In this document: in pieces, positions 49,701 to 53,495 of the stretch
Layout of the letters: each line of letters opens with the position of its first letter
Position numbering within the stretch: position 1 is the first letter of the stretch
IMG/VR virus record: IMGVR_UViG_3300037067_014608
Source: a virus
Lineage: Duplodnaviria; Caudoviricetes
DNA: 64,000 nucleotides
Reading direction: 5' to 3' (one strand)
The notes under the pieces: model-generated
What the model was told of the DNA's origin: nothing
Databases searched by the model: none
The model's input: the letters and a program-made list of their open reading frames with translations, nothing else
Program-made: the position numbers and the translations under genes

Positions 49701-50589
49701 CAACCCCCGATCCTCCCATTTTTCCTCCAAGACCGTGATTAGTACCTGCTCCGCCACCTCCACCTGTTCCATTTATACCGGCAGTCGCGTCATACCCGGG
49801 AGTATTGGAACCTCCCCCATTACCTCCACCCCCAATACCACCCACTCCTCCAGCGGAAGAGGAATAATCACGGCTTCCTCCACCACCGCCACCAGAATAA
49901 GGTATATTCTCTCCTGTGATCGACGAGTATATTCCATTCCCTCCATTGCCCCCAACCCATGAGGAGACATCCGATCCTTTTCCTGATGCTCCCCCCCCAC
50001 CGGCACCACCCCCATTACCTCCATTAGTATTACCTCCTGCATATCCTTCTACGGGCGAATAATTACCGATATTCCCAGTTCCCCCCGATAGGGTTGAGGA
50101 TGCTGCTCCCCCAGCTCCACCACCAGAACCACCTGTTCCTCCATTGCTACTATAACCCCCATATCCCCCACCCGTTGCAGTAATGGTGTGGAATGTCGAG
50201 TTTTGACCGTTATACTTCAACCCTCCAACCGTTTGTAAAGCCCCACCTGCACCTACAGAAATATTAACCGTTCCAGATACCTCAAGGGATGTCCCATTAA
50301 GGAACCCCCCCCCACCGCCACCACCTCCGACGCTGTATCCTCCCGATCCTCCCCCTCCAACCACTAAATATTCTACTGTGGTAACACCAGCAGGAATATT
50401 CCACGTCGTGTTGCCAGTGGCATTCCACATTATATATGTATTATTACCATTTATTGCTGTCCAGCATCCATTTGTAGGTATCCACGTTATTGCAGATACC
50501 GGTATTATTATTAAAGTAATTAAAATTAAAAAGAGCGCCAGAAGTATTAATATACCTCTAATATCTCTGCGATCCTCCCCACTCTTCAA
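31729..50589 (-). CDS. 6286-aa giant secreted adhesin-like glycoprotein: 4 Gly-rich domains, 2x LamG + cohesin-like, ~49 PKD, shared C-terminal domain
   Basis: Uninterrupted 18.9-kb ORF; signal peptide; PKD motifs counted by eye; ends IIYQTKVTPT. Confidence 0.92.
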   Translation of the reverse strand: MKSGEDRRDIRGILILLALFLILITLIIIPVSAITWIPTNGCWTAINGNNTYIMWNATGNTTWNIPAGVTTVEYLVVGGGGSGGYSVGGGGGGGGFLNGTSLEVSGTVNISVGAGGALQTVGGLKYNGQNSTFHTITATGGGYGGYSSNGGTGGSGGGAGGAASSTLSGGTGNIGNYSPVEGYAGGNTNGGNGGGAGGGGASGKGSDVSSWVGGNGGNGIYSSITGENIPYSGGGGGGSRDYSSSAGGVGGIGGGGNGGGSNTPGYDATAGINGTGGGGGAGTNHGLGGKMGGSGVVIIQFNNDAIETPVSSFTNNVTSGYYPLAVQLNDTSTNTPIRWIWNITNVTGNNTPITISTSQNITYIFPIGNWSVTLTAINYGRPNITNGSQFVNVSFNPSLIFSPWVYSNGCWTSYNDTVINVMWNATGKTSWTIPDRITNVNYLVVAGGGGGGGNRGGGGGAGGMLTGNYTVSPGTNVIIAVGSGGAGGYYNNYGIDGSNSSFANTTVGDGVNAKGGGGGGFNNAAGGASSGHNGGSGGGGARGGTGGLGVPGQGNNGSGSAGFGGSGGGAGAASVGIGPGGNGRTSSITGVDTYYAGGGASLRKSAVPYAGGLGGGASGAYGINGEINPTSPGVPGTGGGGGAGGDYQYVTPQGSAGGSGIVILQYTPEIPIVSFTTNNTEGYAPITIQFNDTSENNPTSWEWNFTNVTGNNTPVTFSISQNITQIFGIGNFSISLNVTNVAGSNISTPIWINTSARAPAPVANFSSTNATGGYAPLYVVFNDTSTNYPTSWEWNITNVTGNNTPITISTSQNTTMIFDIGNWSVQLNTSNIVGSNTTSYFINVTRDPKFFSQWVYSNGCWTSYNDTMINVMWNATGKITWTIPDRITEVNYLVVAGGGGGGGNRGGGGGAGGMLTGNYTVSPGTNVIIAVGSGGAGGYYNNYGTDGSNSSFANTTVGNGINAKGGGAGAYNMAGGSALAGHNGGSGGGGGRGGAGGIGVAGQGNNGYPDGGGGGAGASAVNSTGGIGRQSAITGTLTYYAGGGAGNTPSSTQAQGGLGGGAAGGWGPYTNSHNPTDPGVPGTGGGGGGGGDYEYLNPQGTGGGSGIVIIQYTPVPPQIPIVSFTINNTSGYAPYYVLLNDTSTNYPTSWVWNITNVTGNNTPVTISTLQNVTYPFPIGNWSVTLTAITSAGENSTTNATLINVSFNPAFFTPWEYNENGYWTSYNDTMTDIMWNATGGTTWTVMGGITSVNYLVVAGGGAGGNSLTSYSGAGGGGAGGVLYGLDYAVTAGTDLNVVVGSGGVSSSSPSIGANGGNSSFANTTLLDGIQARGGGGGGAGGVSSNGQPGGSGGGGGYSSGTAGTGTTGQGNAGAAFQSPNDGGGGGGKGETATTALGANGTVYTINGSQIYYAGGGGGGRAFAASRGGLGGGGAGAFNSTTAPTNGIANTGGGGGGSYGGFFSSGAGGSGVVIVQFLTPTTVVANFKANNTISNTYPMVVQFNDSSSGNPIYWNWSFGDGRWYNGTNSSAKNPVYTYAVAGRYTVQLSVTNASYQSGDITKNDFINLTSDVDSGVVSWMHMNQSLTPFQDLTGLTWTVNNATIGASPTKFGNGVGDFTAEGSSIYRQSYATLNFSANDFTIELWAYPTGHTPLAPLVTRANQSLSNGWGLINTDGNANHYAFYMGTTANITPLFAIPDNQWSHVVVERDNGVINVYINGMLNAKKIGMGGNFDVYNATTQIGYLGPGSSEKWSGYVSEFRISNGTSRWKANFTTPYDAYKGNLYPLYPDINLNSTFRFKTDPAAYPVAYINNLTTGSRNRTLQIQNVNNATYIAGSITFNPLYLRATAVVPNRTTYNNIQLVSSSIDNNTGVIQFNVTRTGGFAPGTTRTSVVDWNMIYYNYSANDTQDSPFFTYGRLINGSIGWTYPIYNFIGTNLTYGEWNLTSNFTSNVTSVQKGGYAKFTDDSYLHGAMPNSWNWSFGDGAVDSTNSSSPVHQYTTQGLMNVTLTVYMWQNSSIINTTTFTNYINVTDVAPVANFTQNVTSGVFPVTVEFLDNSTTGGEALYWNWSFGDGNYADSRNTTHTYNTGGNFTVNLSVINSGGLSYKRGYVNVYNTTVTGFTANITAGLEPSAIKFNVTTPKDNATFWNWSFGDGIWQNGTSQNVTHLYGTGGIYTVTEISNNLYANNTTTIIDYITIYSKTTSNITSNVTSGYASLAVQFTGAGENATIWNWSFGDGNYSDEQSPIYIYPDVGVYTINFSTSNGHWTNWTNLTDYINAYYLPTPTADFNANVTGGLFPLVVGFIDASTGIEINYWNYSFGDGQYSDEQNPVHIYASGGTYTVIQTVANAGSSNTSTRTNYIIVDNSTVVGFEANVTDGLAPMAVKFNVTLPHDNATFWNWSFGDGAWQNGTTQNVTHVYGNGGLYTVTEYASNPNATNIVTYSDYISVHNRTISGFSGNKTFGLFPLAVSFNVTIPNDNATMWNWSFGDGNFQNSTELQNASYVYGNGGRYTVTLTTSNTYASNTTTLTNYIEVYNSTVTGFTANVTEGSFPLTVMFNVTTPIDNATSWNWSFGDGDYANTQNATHTYNVAGNYTVSETANNTHATNTTTIVDYIQIYTGVPVVDFTSNKTTASTYPMVVQFNDSSAGAPSMWNWSFGDGRWYNGTNISAKNPVYTYAVAGSYDVSLWASNNGGANSTNKTGYITLQSDVDSYVFSWMHMGTTDDYAFQDHGGLTWVVSNATINSTHGYFGNGSGDFTGYQAYLGNTLPVALLNSKNFTVEGWVYPLSVSAGSQIISNAPNASYRSGWGLINPSGTENGYVFYMGNSSVNSTSAFTIPNNQWTHVVIERKIGTIYVYINGQLVTTKTGLGGTFDTSSTVSIGYMPYGGATSQFNGHLQETRMSIGFAPIAARWNANFTTPYSMYRGELMPLYPDINPDSTLKFDLPVISIANQTNGGVTYRTINIKNVTNATYVVGSTSYDAKHGYVSTVIPNTSYYNNIQVVSYTVDKVNGIVLFNLTRPGGFSAGTNDISIADIPVLYWNYTDAPNYTSIYNYGYLINGTTHITYPFNYFDDRVTIIEPWVLIPNFTVNATRVYINSYVSVTDDSSSYGAYPNIWNWSWGDGNFTNGTAKTVIFKYTVPGVYDLYDNISIWQNRSVFNVTNKTITVLNDPPIIDFTSNVTYGAYPLAVNFTDSSSGVELAWNWSFGDGNYADTRNSTHIYNAGGKYSVTYNVTNDGGFNKTTKINYITVYNQTLTGFTANKTSGIFPFTARFNVTTPKDNATWWNWSFGDGLWQNGTSQNVTHTYGTSGVYTVTEYASNPYWTNSTTLTDYITVNAQTVSGFSANNTVGLFPLAVQFNTTVVDDNGTYWNWSFDGGKVWLNASTQNVSYVFGNGGTYTIIRTVQNPLGGYNQTILTDYITVYNRTTSGFIGTPRTGVFPLTVQFNTSVVNDNGTMWNYSFDGGYTWQNTSAQNTSHTFASGGNYTIYRSVQNTHGGYNLTILPDYITIYNRTSSIFVSNVTEGYIPLAVNFTGSGSNATRYNWSFGDGTYSDLQTPEHVYEVLGNYTINFSASNDYWTNWTNVTEYIHAYSVPIPATEFNGTPTEGLYPLGVQFVDMSNAPLVQSWNWSFGDGQYSNMQNASHIYYTGGSYTVSLNITNIGGSNTNTKNYYITVYNKTTSKITSNVTTGNAPLTVQFTGVHTNGTIFYWLFGDGSNATILNPVHTYVDVGNYTVNFSVSNGHWTNWTNWTDYIRAALVPAPNTNFTSNVTTGLFPTAIQFTDTTTGEDLLQWNWSFGDDTYSTNKNPIHIYTRGGNFTVSLIATNRGGDTTLTVPDYITIYNTTSSGFSANTTTAGTYPLAVQFNTTVVNDNGTTWNWSFNGGVDWDNESTQNITHIFDSGGSFTIIRVVQNEHGGYSATTRTNYITVYNQTTSNFTSNATSGLVPLAIQFNGSGTNGSLYLWIFGDGYTSSEQNPVHTYRDVGTFSVNFSVTNPYYTNWTNVSDYITANAIEPPITNFTNLTPLSGINPVTITFIEDSTGYTIESWNWSFGDGNWQNGTTHNATHTYRSGGNYTVSLTTTNLGGSNTSTKVDYVTIYNQTTSNFYANTTFGVFPLTVQFNSSVINDNGTMWNWSFGDGNYADTQNATHTYNTGSNYTITRIVQNEHGGYSSTTKYQYVDVKNQTRTGFTANITDGLYPLTVMFNVTTPKDNATSWNWSFGDGNYANTQNATHTYMTGGNFTVSQTARSLFTTNTTTVSDFITVYNHTTSTFTSNETEGYAPLAIQFNGYGQNSSSYYWMFGDGNTSTEQNPVHIFSDVRLYNINFSTSNGHWTNWTNISYYITAFAAPLPSAAFNATPTSGLFPLEVTFMDNSTVPGGAGSIYMWNWSFGDGQYSNNQHPVHTYANGGCYTVIENVTNSGGSNLSTRDYFITVYNSTQIGFTANVTSGFEPIAIKFTVNNTNDNATFWNWSFGDGTWKNGTVQSPTHVYGLGGVYNVTEYASNYHETNVSTKTNYITIYNKTTNGFTSNISSGYNPLAVQFTGYSTNATAWNWSFGDGNYSEVQSPLYVYKYPGSYTVTFSATNGYWTNTSTRYGYISVTQAPIPIVNFVGTPLSGSVGLTVTFNDLSTRNPTAWNWSFGDGYYSESRNTTHTYTAGGNYTVTLNASNPYGYNETTKVNYIYINDQLPTAYFSANSTSGYPPLAVQFVDATIGFPISWNWSFGDGNYSTEQNPVHIYVNPGTYTVIDNATNVVGYNTSTRTNYITVTTLPIPESNFTASPTSTTIGDTIAFTDYSTNLPNQWNWSFGDGNYSNEQNPTYVYNSPGTYTISLNATNGYGSNTKTRTNYVSIVAYTPVADFGANQTAGYPPLTVSFTDQTTNVPTWWNWTFNDGSYSDAQNPTHTFASAGTYSITLKVSNSGGSDQITKSGYIVVAELPVPVTNFTADPLSGYNGTTVTFTDTSTNSPIEWNWSFGDGNYSSEQSPTHTYDVIGKFNVRLNATNTYGSNTKTRTNYITINPKIPITAFNGTPLSGTYPLTVTFSDTINGLAVTSYNYSFGDGTFSNIRNATHIYRTGGTFTVNFTATNAGGSNTTSRTDYITVYNQSSSNITSNVTTGIVPVAVQFNGSGSNVTGYYWMFGDGNTSTEQNPVYTYTSSGRYTINFSTVNGVNWTNWTNLSYYITANVVPAPVSDFTSNVTSGLFPLTVQFNDTSSGNATSWNWLFGDGGYSTERNVTHTYWSGGNYTVSLNTANAGGSNISTKTNYISVYNTTISGFTANSTFGVAPYTIKFNVTAPKDNATSWNWSFGDGTWQNGTTQNGTHTYTVAGTYTVTEYANNPYATNSTTITDYITIIVKPKPSFTANITTGYEMLTVQFTDTSVTDITTWNWTFGNGAYNVSTLQNPVYTFVGPGYYNVTLNVTNASGFNATTYVNYINVLSLPGPVANFTSNVTSGYQALAVKFTDTSTNTPVQWNWSFGDGNYSNEQNPVHVYNAIGNFTVTLDAANSHGYSIKTKTDYIRVNPAPIPYAEFSATPRNGTIYTMVQFTDLTNNTPTSWNWSFGDGNYSELQNPNHTYIVAGVYSISLNTTNQYGSVTTTKVDYINMTVQPPVGGFSATPLVGYPPLSVQFIDSSHNATSWYWEFGDGYTSTLQNPSHNYTNVGVYNVKQTVYNAGGSNITIKNGYITVSSTPLPSANFVGSPTSGDTGMTVQFTDLSTGSPTVWNWSFGDGNYSNDQNPNHTYNVAGVFTVRLIATNVYGSSTATRTNYITVSVKLPVAAFSANQTAGYPPLAVEFTDASTGSPTNYNWSFGDGTYSTAQNPVNIYTSMGNYTVMLTVSNEYGSNKTIKANYINVGSYPVPGTNFNGTPRSGYLGTNVQFNDLSTVSPTSWNWSFGDGNYSNEQNPNHTYNVAGLFTISLNATNSYGSNSNTKVGYINIIAPVPIAQFVANTTVGAPPFAILFTDQSYNLPTSWNWSFGDGNYSNEQSPVHWYNKTGIFTVSLTATNAYGSNTSTRINYITTVVGQNRQDLNLTPQFRLIAKFTDPSGRVIPIVTVFDSAGNTTVTSNGTFVGYYPYGMVTITTSASGYGSITQTYTMDYNRLVNITLSPSTSTNATQLVVTKTVRFVCQNYNGEAIAGMNTTVYAVGSTIPLSWVTTLFGINLGTTPLLNTTMNGSTGTDGSIVYVMVPTSQYAIHFEDVEMGINETRYYYPQENEYVETFFTQPVTYGKQGIATDFYTYRDQTNGTITLGALYNDTYSSTDNLTFTVMDKNKTIIYQTKVTPT
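47716..49260. repeat. Near-identical 195-bp intragenic duplication (47716-47910 vs 49066-49260)
   Basis: 3 mismatches, offset 1350 bp; N-terminal half of Gly-rich domains 2 and 3. Confidence 0.85.
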
Positions 50590-50593
50590 CGCA

Positions 50594-50773
50594 TCCCCAC
50601 CTAAATATTTATAACCTACACTGCTGGATCAGTATAGATCTATTATATATACATTTACATTACATTAGTCTTGTACAACGTCCTTATTAATAAACCTTTC
50701 ACCGAAATGTATTTTATTAAATTATAAAAAAAGATTTGGTAGTACGACGATGGGTATACCAAAGGTTAATATC
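50594..50773 (-). repeat. Promoter/5'-UTR cassette copy C (diverged)
   Basis: Conserved BRE-TATA, AAGACTAATG, upstream motif; compensatory hairpin. Confidence 0.85.
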
Positions 50774-51355
50774 TTAGAACCAATTCAGACTTTCGTGTGC
50801 TAGTTCATAAATTGCATATACTATCATTATCCCTGAAAAGAATGACATACCTAAAAACAATAAATCCATCCCATAGTAATTATATGAGATGGTTCTCCCA
50901 AACATACACAAAATAATATTCAATGCACCGGTGAGAATGACTTTTATTGGATCGTCACCTAAAAATAATAAAAAGATACTTAAAAGTATCGATATAATAA
51001 ATAAAATCTGGACTATTGACGCTGGCGGAAGTGTTTTTGTACTTATTATCTTGTAATCTGATGTGTTGCTAGCATTTACTAACTGGATTGTATGTTGTGA
51101 ATTCGAACTTAATTTTGAGAGATAATAATAACCAATTGTATTATTTGTTGCTCTTGTTGTACCGCTTAACTCATCCGTTATTAATGCACCATCTACATAG
51201 ATTTGGGCGGTGACTGAACTATTCCAACTCACTTTAATCCATGATTCTCCTACATCTGATTTTATGTTTGTGAAGGTTGATGCTTGGACGGGGATCACTA
51301 GAACTGCAAGTATTATAATAAATAGTAGTAGTATATTAAGCGGTTTCATTATCAT
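50774..51355 (-). CDS. Membrane protein: signal peptide, FN3-like domain, 3 TM; paralog of C-terminus of 23192-28660
   Basis: D.G..[WY]I..SW...[IV]DG...NN..GYY....L..NS.HT..LV shared. Confidence 0.8.
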   Translation of the reverse strand: MIMKPLNILLLFIIILAVLVIPVQASTFTNIKSDVGESWIKVSWNSSVTAQIYVDGALITDELSGTTRATNNTIGYYYLSKLSSNSQHTIQLVNASNTSDYKIISTKTLPPASIVQILFIISILLSIFLLFLGDDPIKVILTGALNIILCMFGRTISYNYYGMDLLFLGMSFFSGIMIVYAIYELAHESLNWF

Positions 51356-51360
51356 TTCAA

Positions 51361-51735
51361 TTACCACCAGTTCCGCTTCTTTTTAAAGAAGAAATAGAAC
51401 ATGTAGAGTAGCATTAGACCTACAATTACATATAATGCTCCTTCCCAAAGTCTCATCACCATTGTCTGGTTTTTTACTCCTTCCTCTTTAAACGCTTCTA
51501 AATTTGGATTTTCTCCCTCTATAAAAACATACGTACAATTCAGATTGCTTGTGATATTCATGAAGGTACAATTAATATCTCCGGGAATTGAACTATTTGA
51601 TGTATTTTCCCATCTTGATAAACTTTCTGGTGATTCTATTGTATCATTCCCAAAAAATGATAGGGATAACAATAAAAGTAATGCTATTCCTACTAACGCC
51701 ACAAATAATGTGAATGGATTTGCTCGTATCGGCAT
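51361..51735 (-). CDS. Two-TM membrane protein with sequon-rich loop
   Basis: Hydrophobic ends, NxS/T sites, KKKR tail. Confidence 0.75.
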   Translation of the reverse strand: MPIRANPFTLFVALVGIALLLLLSLSFFGNDTIESPESLSRWENTSNSSIPGDINCTFMNITSNLNCTYVFIEGENPNLEAFKEEGVKNQTMVMRLWEGALYVIVGLMLLYMFYFFFKKKRNWW

Positions 51736-51738
51736 TTT

Positions 51739-52440
51739 TTATCTCCTCCGTATTGTCCACCAATAAAATATTCCCATAAATCCCAATACCAGTAATATTT
51801 CTGCAAACATTACGAACTCTGGTGGGAACAATGCCCAAATCGTTCCGCTGCAAAGCATAACTACCAGTACCGCCATTGCGATTGAACGTTGTTTTGTAAC
51901 CATGTTTAAGATACTCATTCCAATTATTATACCATAGAACACTGTTGCGCCGATTGTTATAGTATACACTATCCAAATATCGGTAGTAATGATCTTTACC
52001 GGGTCGTTTTGGAGATCTTCAAGGAATACATCTGTGTATACTGCATATGTTGTTGTCACATGCGGCTGTTGAACCGGCGTGGTAAATGTTTCATTATCCC
52101 CATATTCAATTATTGATCCATCTGAACCCACGGCTTGAACTACATACGTTTGATTGGGAATTAACGGGATACCACAAATTGTATGGTTATAGTTTGCTGA
52201 TGTTGTGACGTTCGGGGTTTTAAATGATTTATACCCCCCTATCGAGAAGGGATCGTTTGTATGATCGATTCCATATTCAAACCATCCGATTCCGTCGTTT
52301 GTAGTTCCCGAGAATTTTACACAGAACGTACTGGAATTCACCGTTACAGGATTGGTAATTACCGCTGCCTGTGTTGGGATAATTAAGATTGTTAATACCA
52401 ATAATAATGGCATTAACTTTCTTACGTCTTTATTCTCCAT
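51739..52440 (-). CDS. Membrane protein: signal peptide, FN3/Ig-like domain, ~3 TM (start revised to MENKD)
   Basis: TGATG overlap with upstream stop; WFEYG ... Y.VQA motif. Confidence 0.75.
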   Translation of the reverse strand: MENKDVRKLMPLLLVLTILIIPTQAAVITNPVTVNSSTFCVKFSGTTNDGIGWFEYGIDHTNDPFSIGGYKSFKTPNVTTSANYNHTICGIPLIPNQTYVVQAVGSDGSIIEYGDNETFTTPVQQPHVTTTYAVYTDVFLEDLQNDPVKIITTDIWIVYTITIGATVFYGIIIGMSILNMVTKQRSIAMAVLVVMLCSGTIWALFPPEFVMFAEILLVLGFMGIFYWWTIRRR

Positions 52441-52880
52441 CACTGGATCATACCTCCAGACCGGCCAGCCTTCCACTGTGCAAGACTCCAGACAAGGGCG
52501 TAATAGACTATCGCTTGCAACACCAGTGCCAGTGGTAATGGGCAATGGAAGAATACAATTAATGTCGGTAAAACCGTAACAAACGTCGATATTACCGTTA
52601 TTATCATAAGGGTTCCAGATACGAACGTCGCTACACCCAACGTTACCGCATCCATAGTACCCATATTCTTTTGATCTTCTATCATTTCACCGGTCTGATC
52701 GTTATAATCGCCAGTCACATATCCTTTTGTTGAATTTATTGTTGCGTTTGCTGGATTTGACGATACAAACTGTCCATTAAGTCCAAGATAATCTTCCGGG
52801 AATAACCCAATGCTTGCTACGAATATCTGTGATACTTGTGATCCCATGATCAAAAGTAAAATAAGTTCCCATCCTCTCAT
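52440..52880 (-). CDS. Membrane protein
   Basis: Hydrophobic N-term and two C-terminal TMs ending Q...GR. Confidence 0.75.
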   Translation of the reverse strand: MRGWELILLLIMGSQVSQIFVASIGLFPEDYLGLNGQFVSSNPANATINSTKGYVTGDYNDQTGEMIEDQKNMGTMDAVTLGVATFVSGTLMIITVISTFVTVLPTLIVFFHCPLPLALVLQAIVYYALVWSLAQWKAGRSGGMIQ

Positions 52881-53021
52881 TGGGAGTGCTCCGTTTTTAA
52901 TATTATAGTATACTTTACATTCGTTATCCTTATATACACCAATACCCTCACCTTTATAATTGATAAGATTGCTACAATATATATAATTGATGGTCTATTG
53001 AGATTATTATGGGTTTAAAAA

Positions 53022-53495
53022 TTATGAGAGCGATTCTTCTTCAGCATACCTCATATACATAATTATTGAATACGCAACTGCGGTACTGATTAACATTACA
53101 CTGATCTGTAACCAGCCTGCTACCAGCCAGAAGATCGCTCCCCAAATCGCTACGAATACTATATTAAACCGTAGTCTCAATCTTCCACTGATATATGCAT
53201 ATATACAAATTATACTACATGCAAACCCATTGTAGATAAACCCAGCTACCGGATCTCCATTTGCTGCACCCATCGGGTTCCAGTGCCATTGGCTGTCGTC
53301 GATATGAATGTAATTTGTTTCATTTATTGGATTGGCAAATAACGTTGAGTTGCCACTAACTGTCCAATAATAGTACGCTCCTTGTTCGTAAGGTACTGTA
53401 TATGAAAGATTTGCTGTCGATGCTGCTGCTCCTGTTACCATTAGCATTAAGCTGCTTATCAATACCCCCATTAAAATAAGTCTTTTTGTTATCAT
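53022..53495 (-). CDS. Putative shared membrane anchor: signal peptide, short beta-rich ectodomain, ~3 TM
   Basis: GAAA|STANLSYTVPYEQGAYYYWTVSG; ATGA overlap with 2629-aa gene. Confidence 0.8.
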   Translation of the reverse strand: MITKRLILMGVLISSLMLMVTGAAASTANLSYTVPYEQGAYYYWTVSGNSTLFANPINETNYIHIDDSQWHWNPMGAANGDPVAGFIYNGFACSIICIYAYISGRLRLRFNIVFVAIWGAIFWLVAGWLQISVMLISTAVAYSIIMYMRYAEEESLS

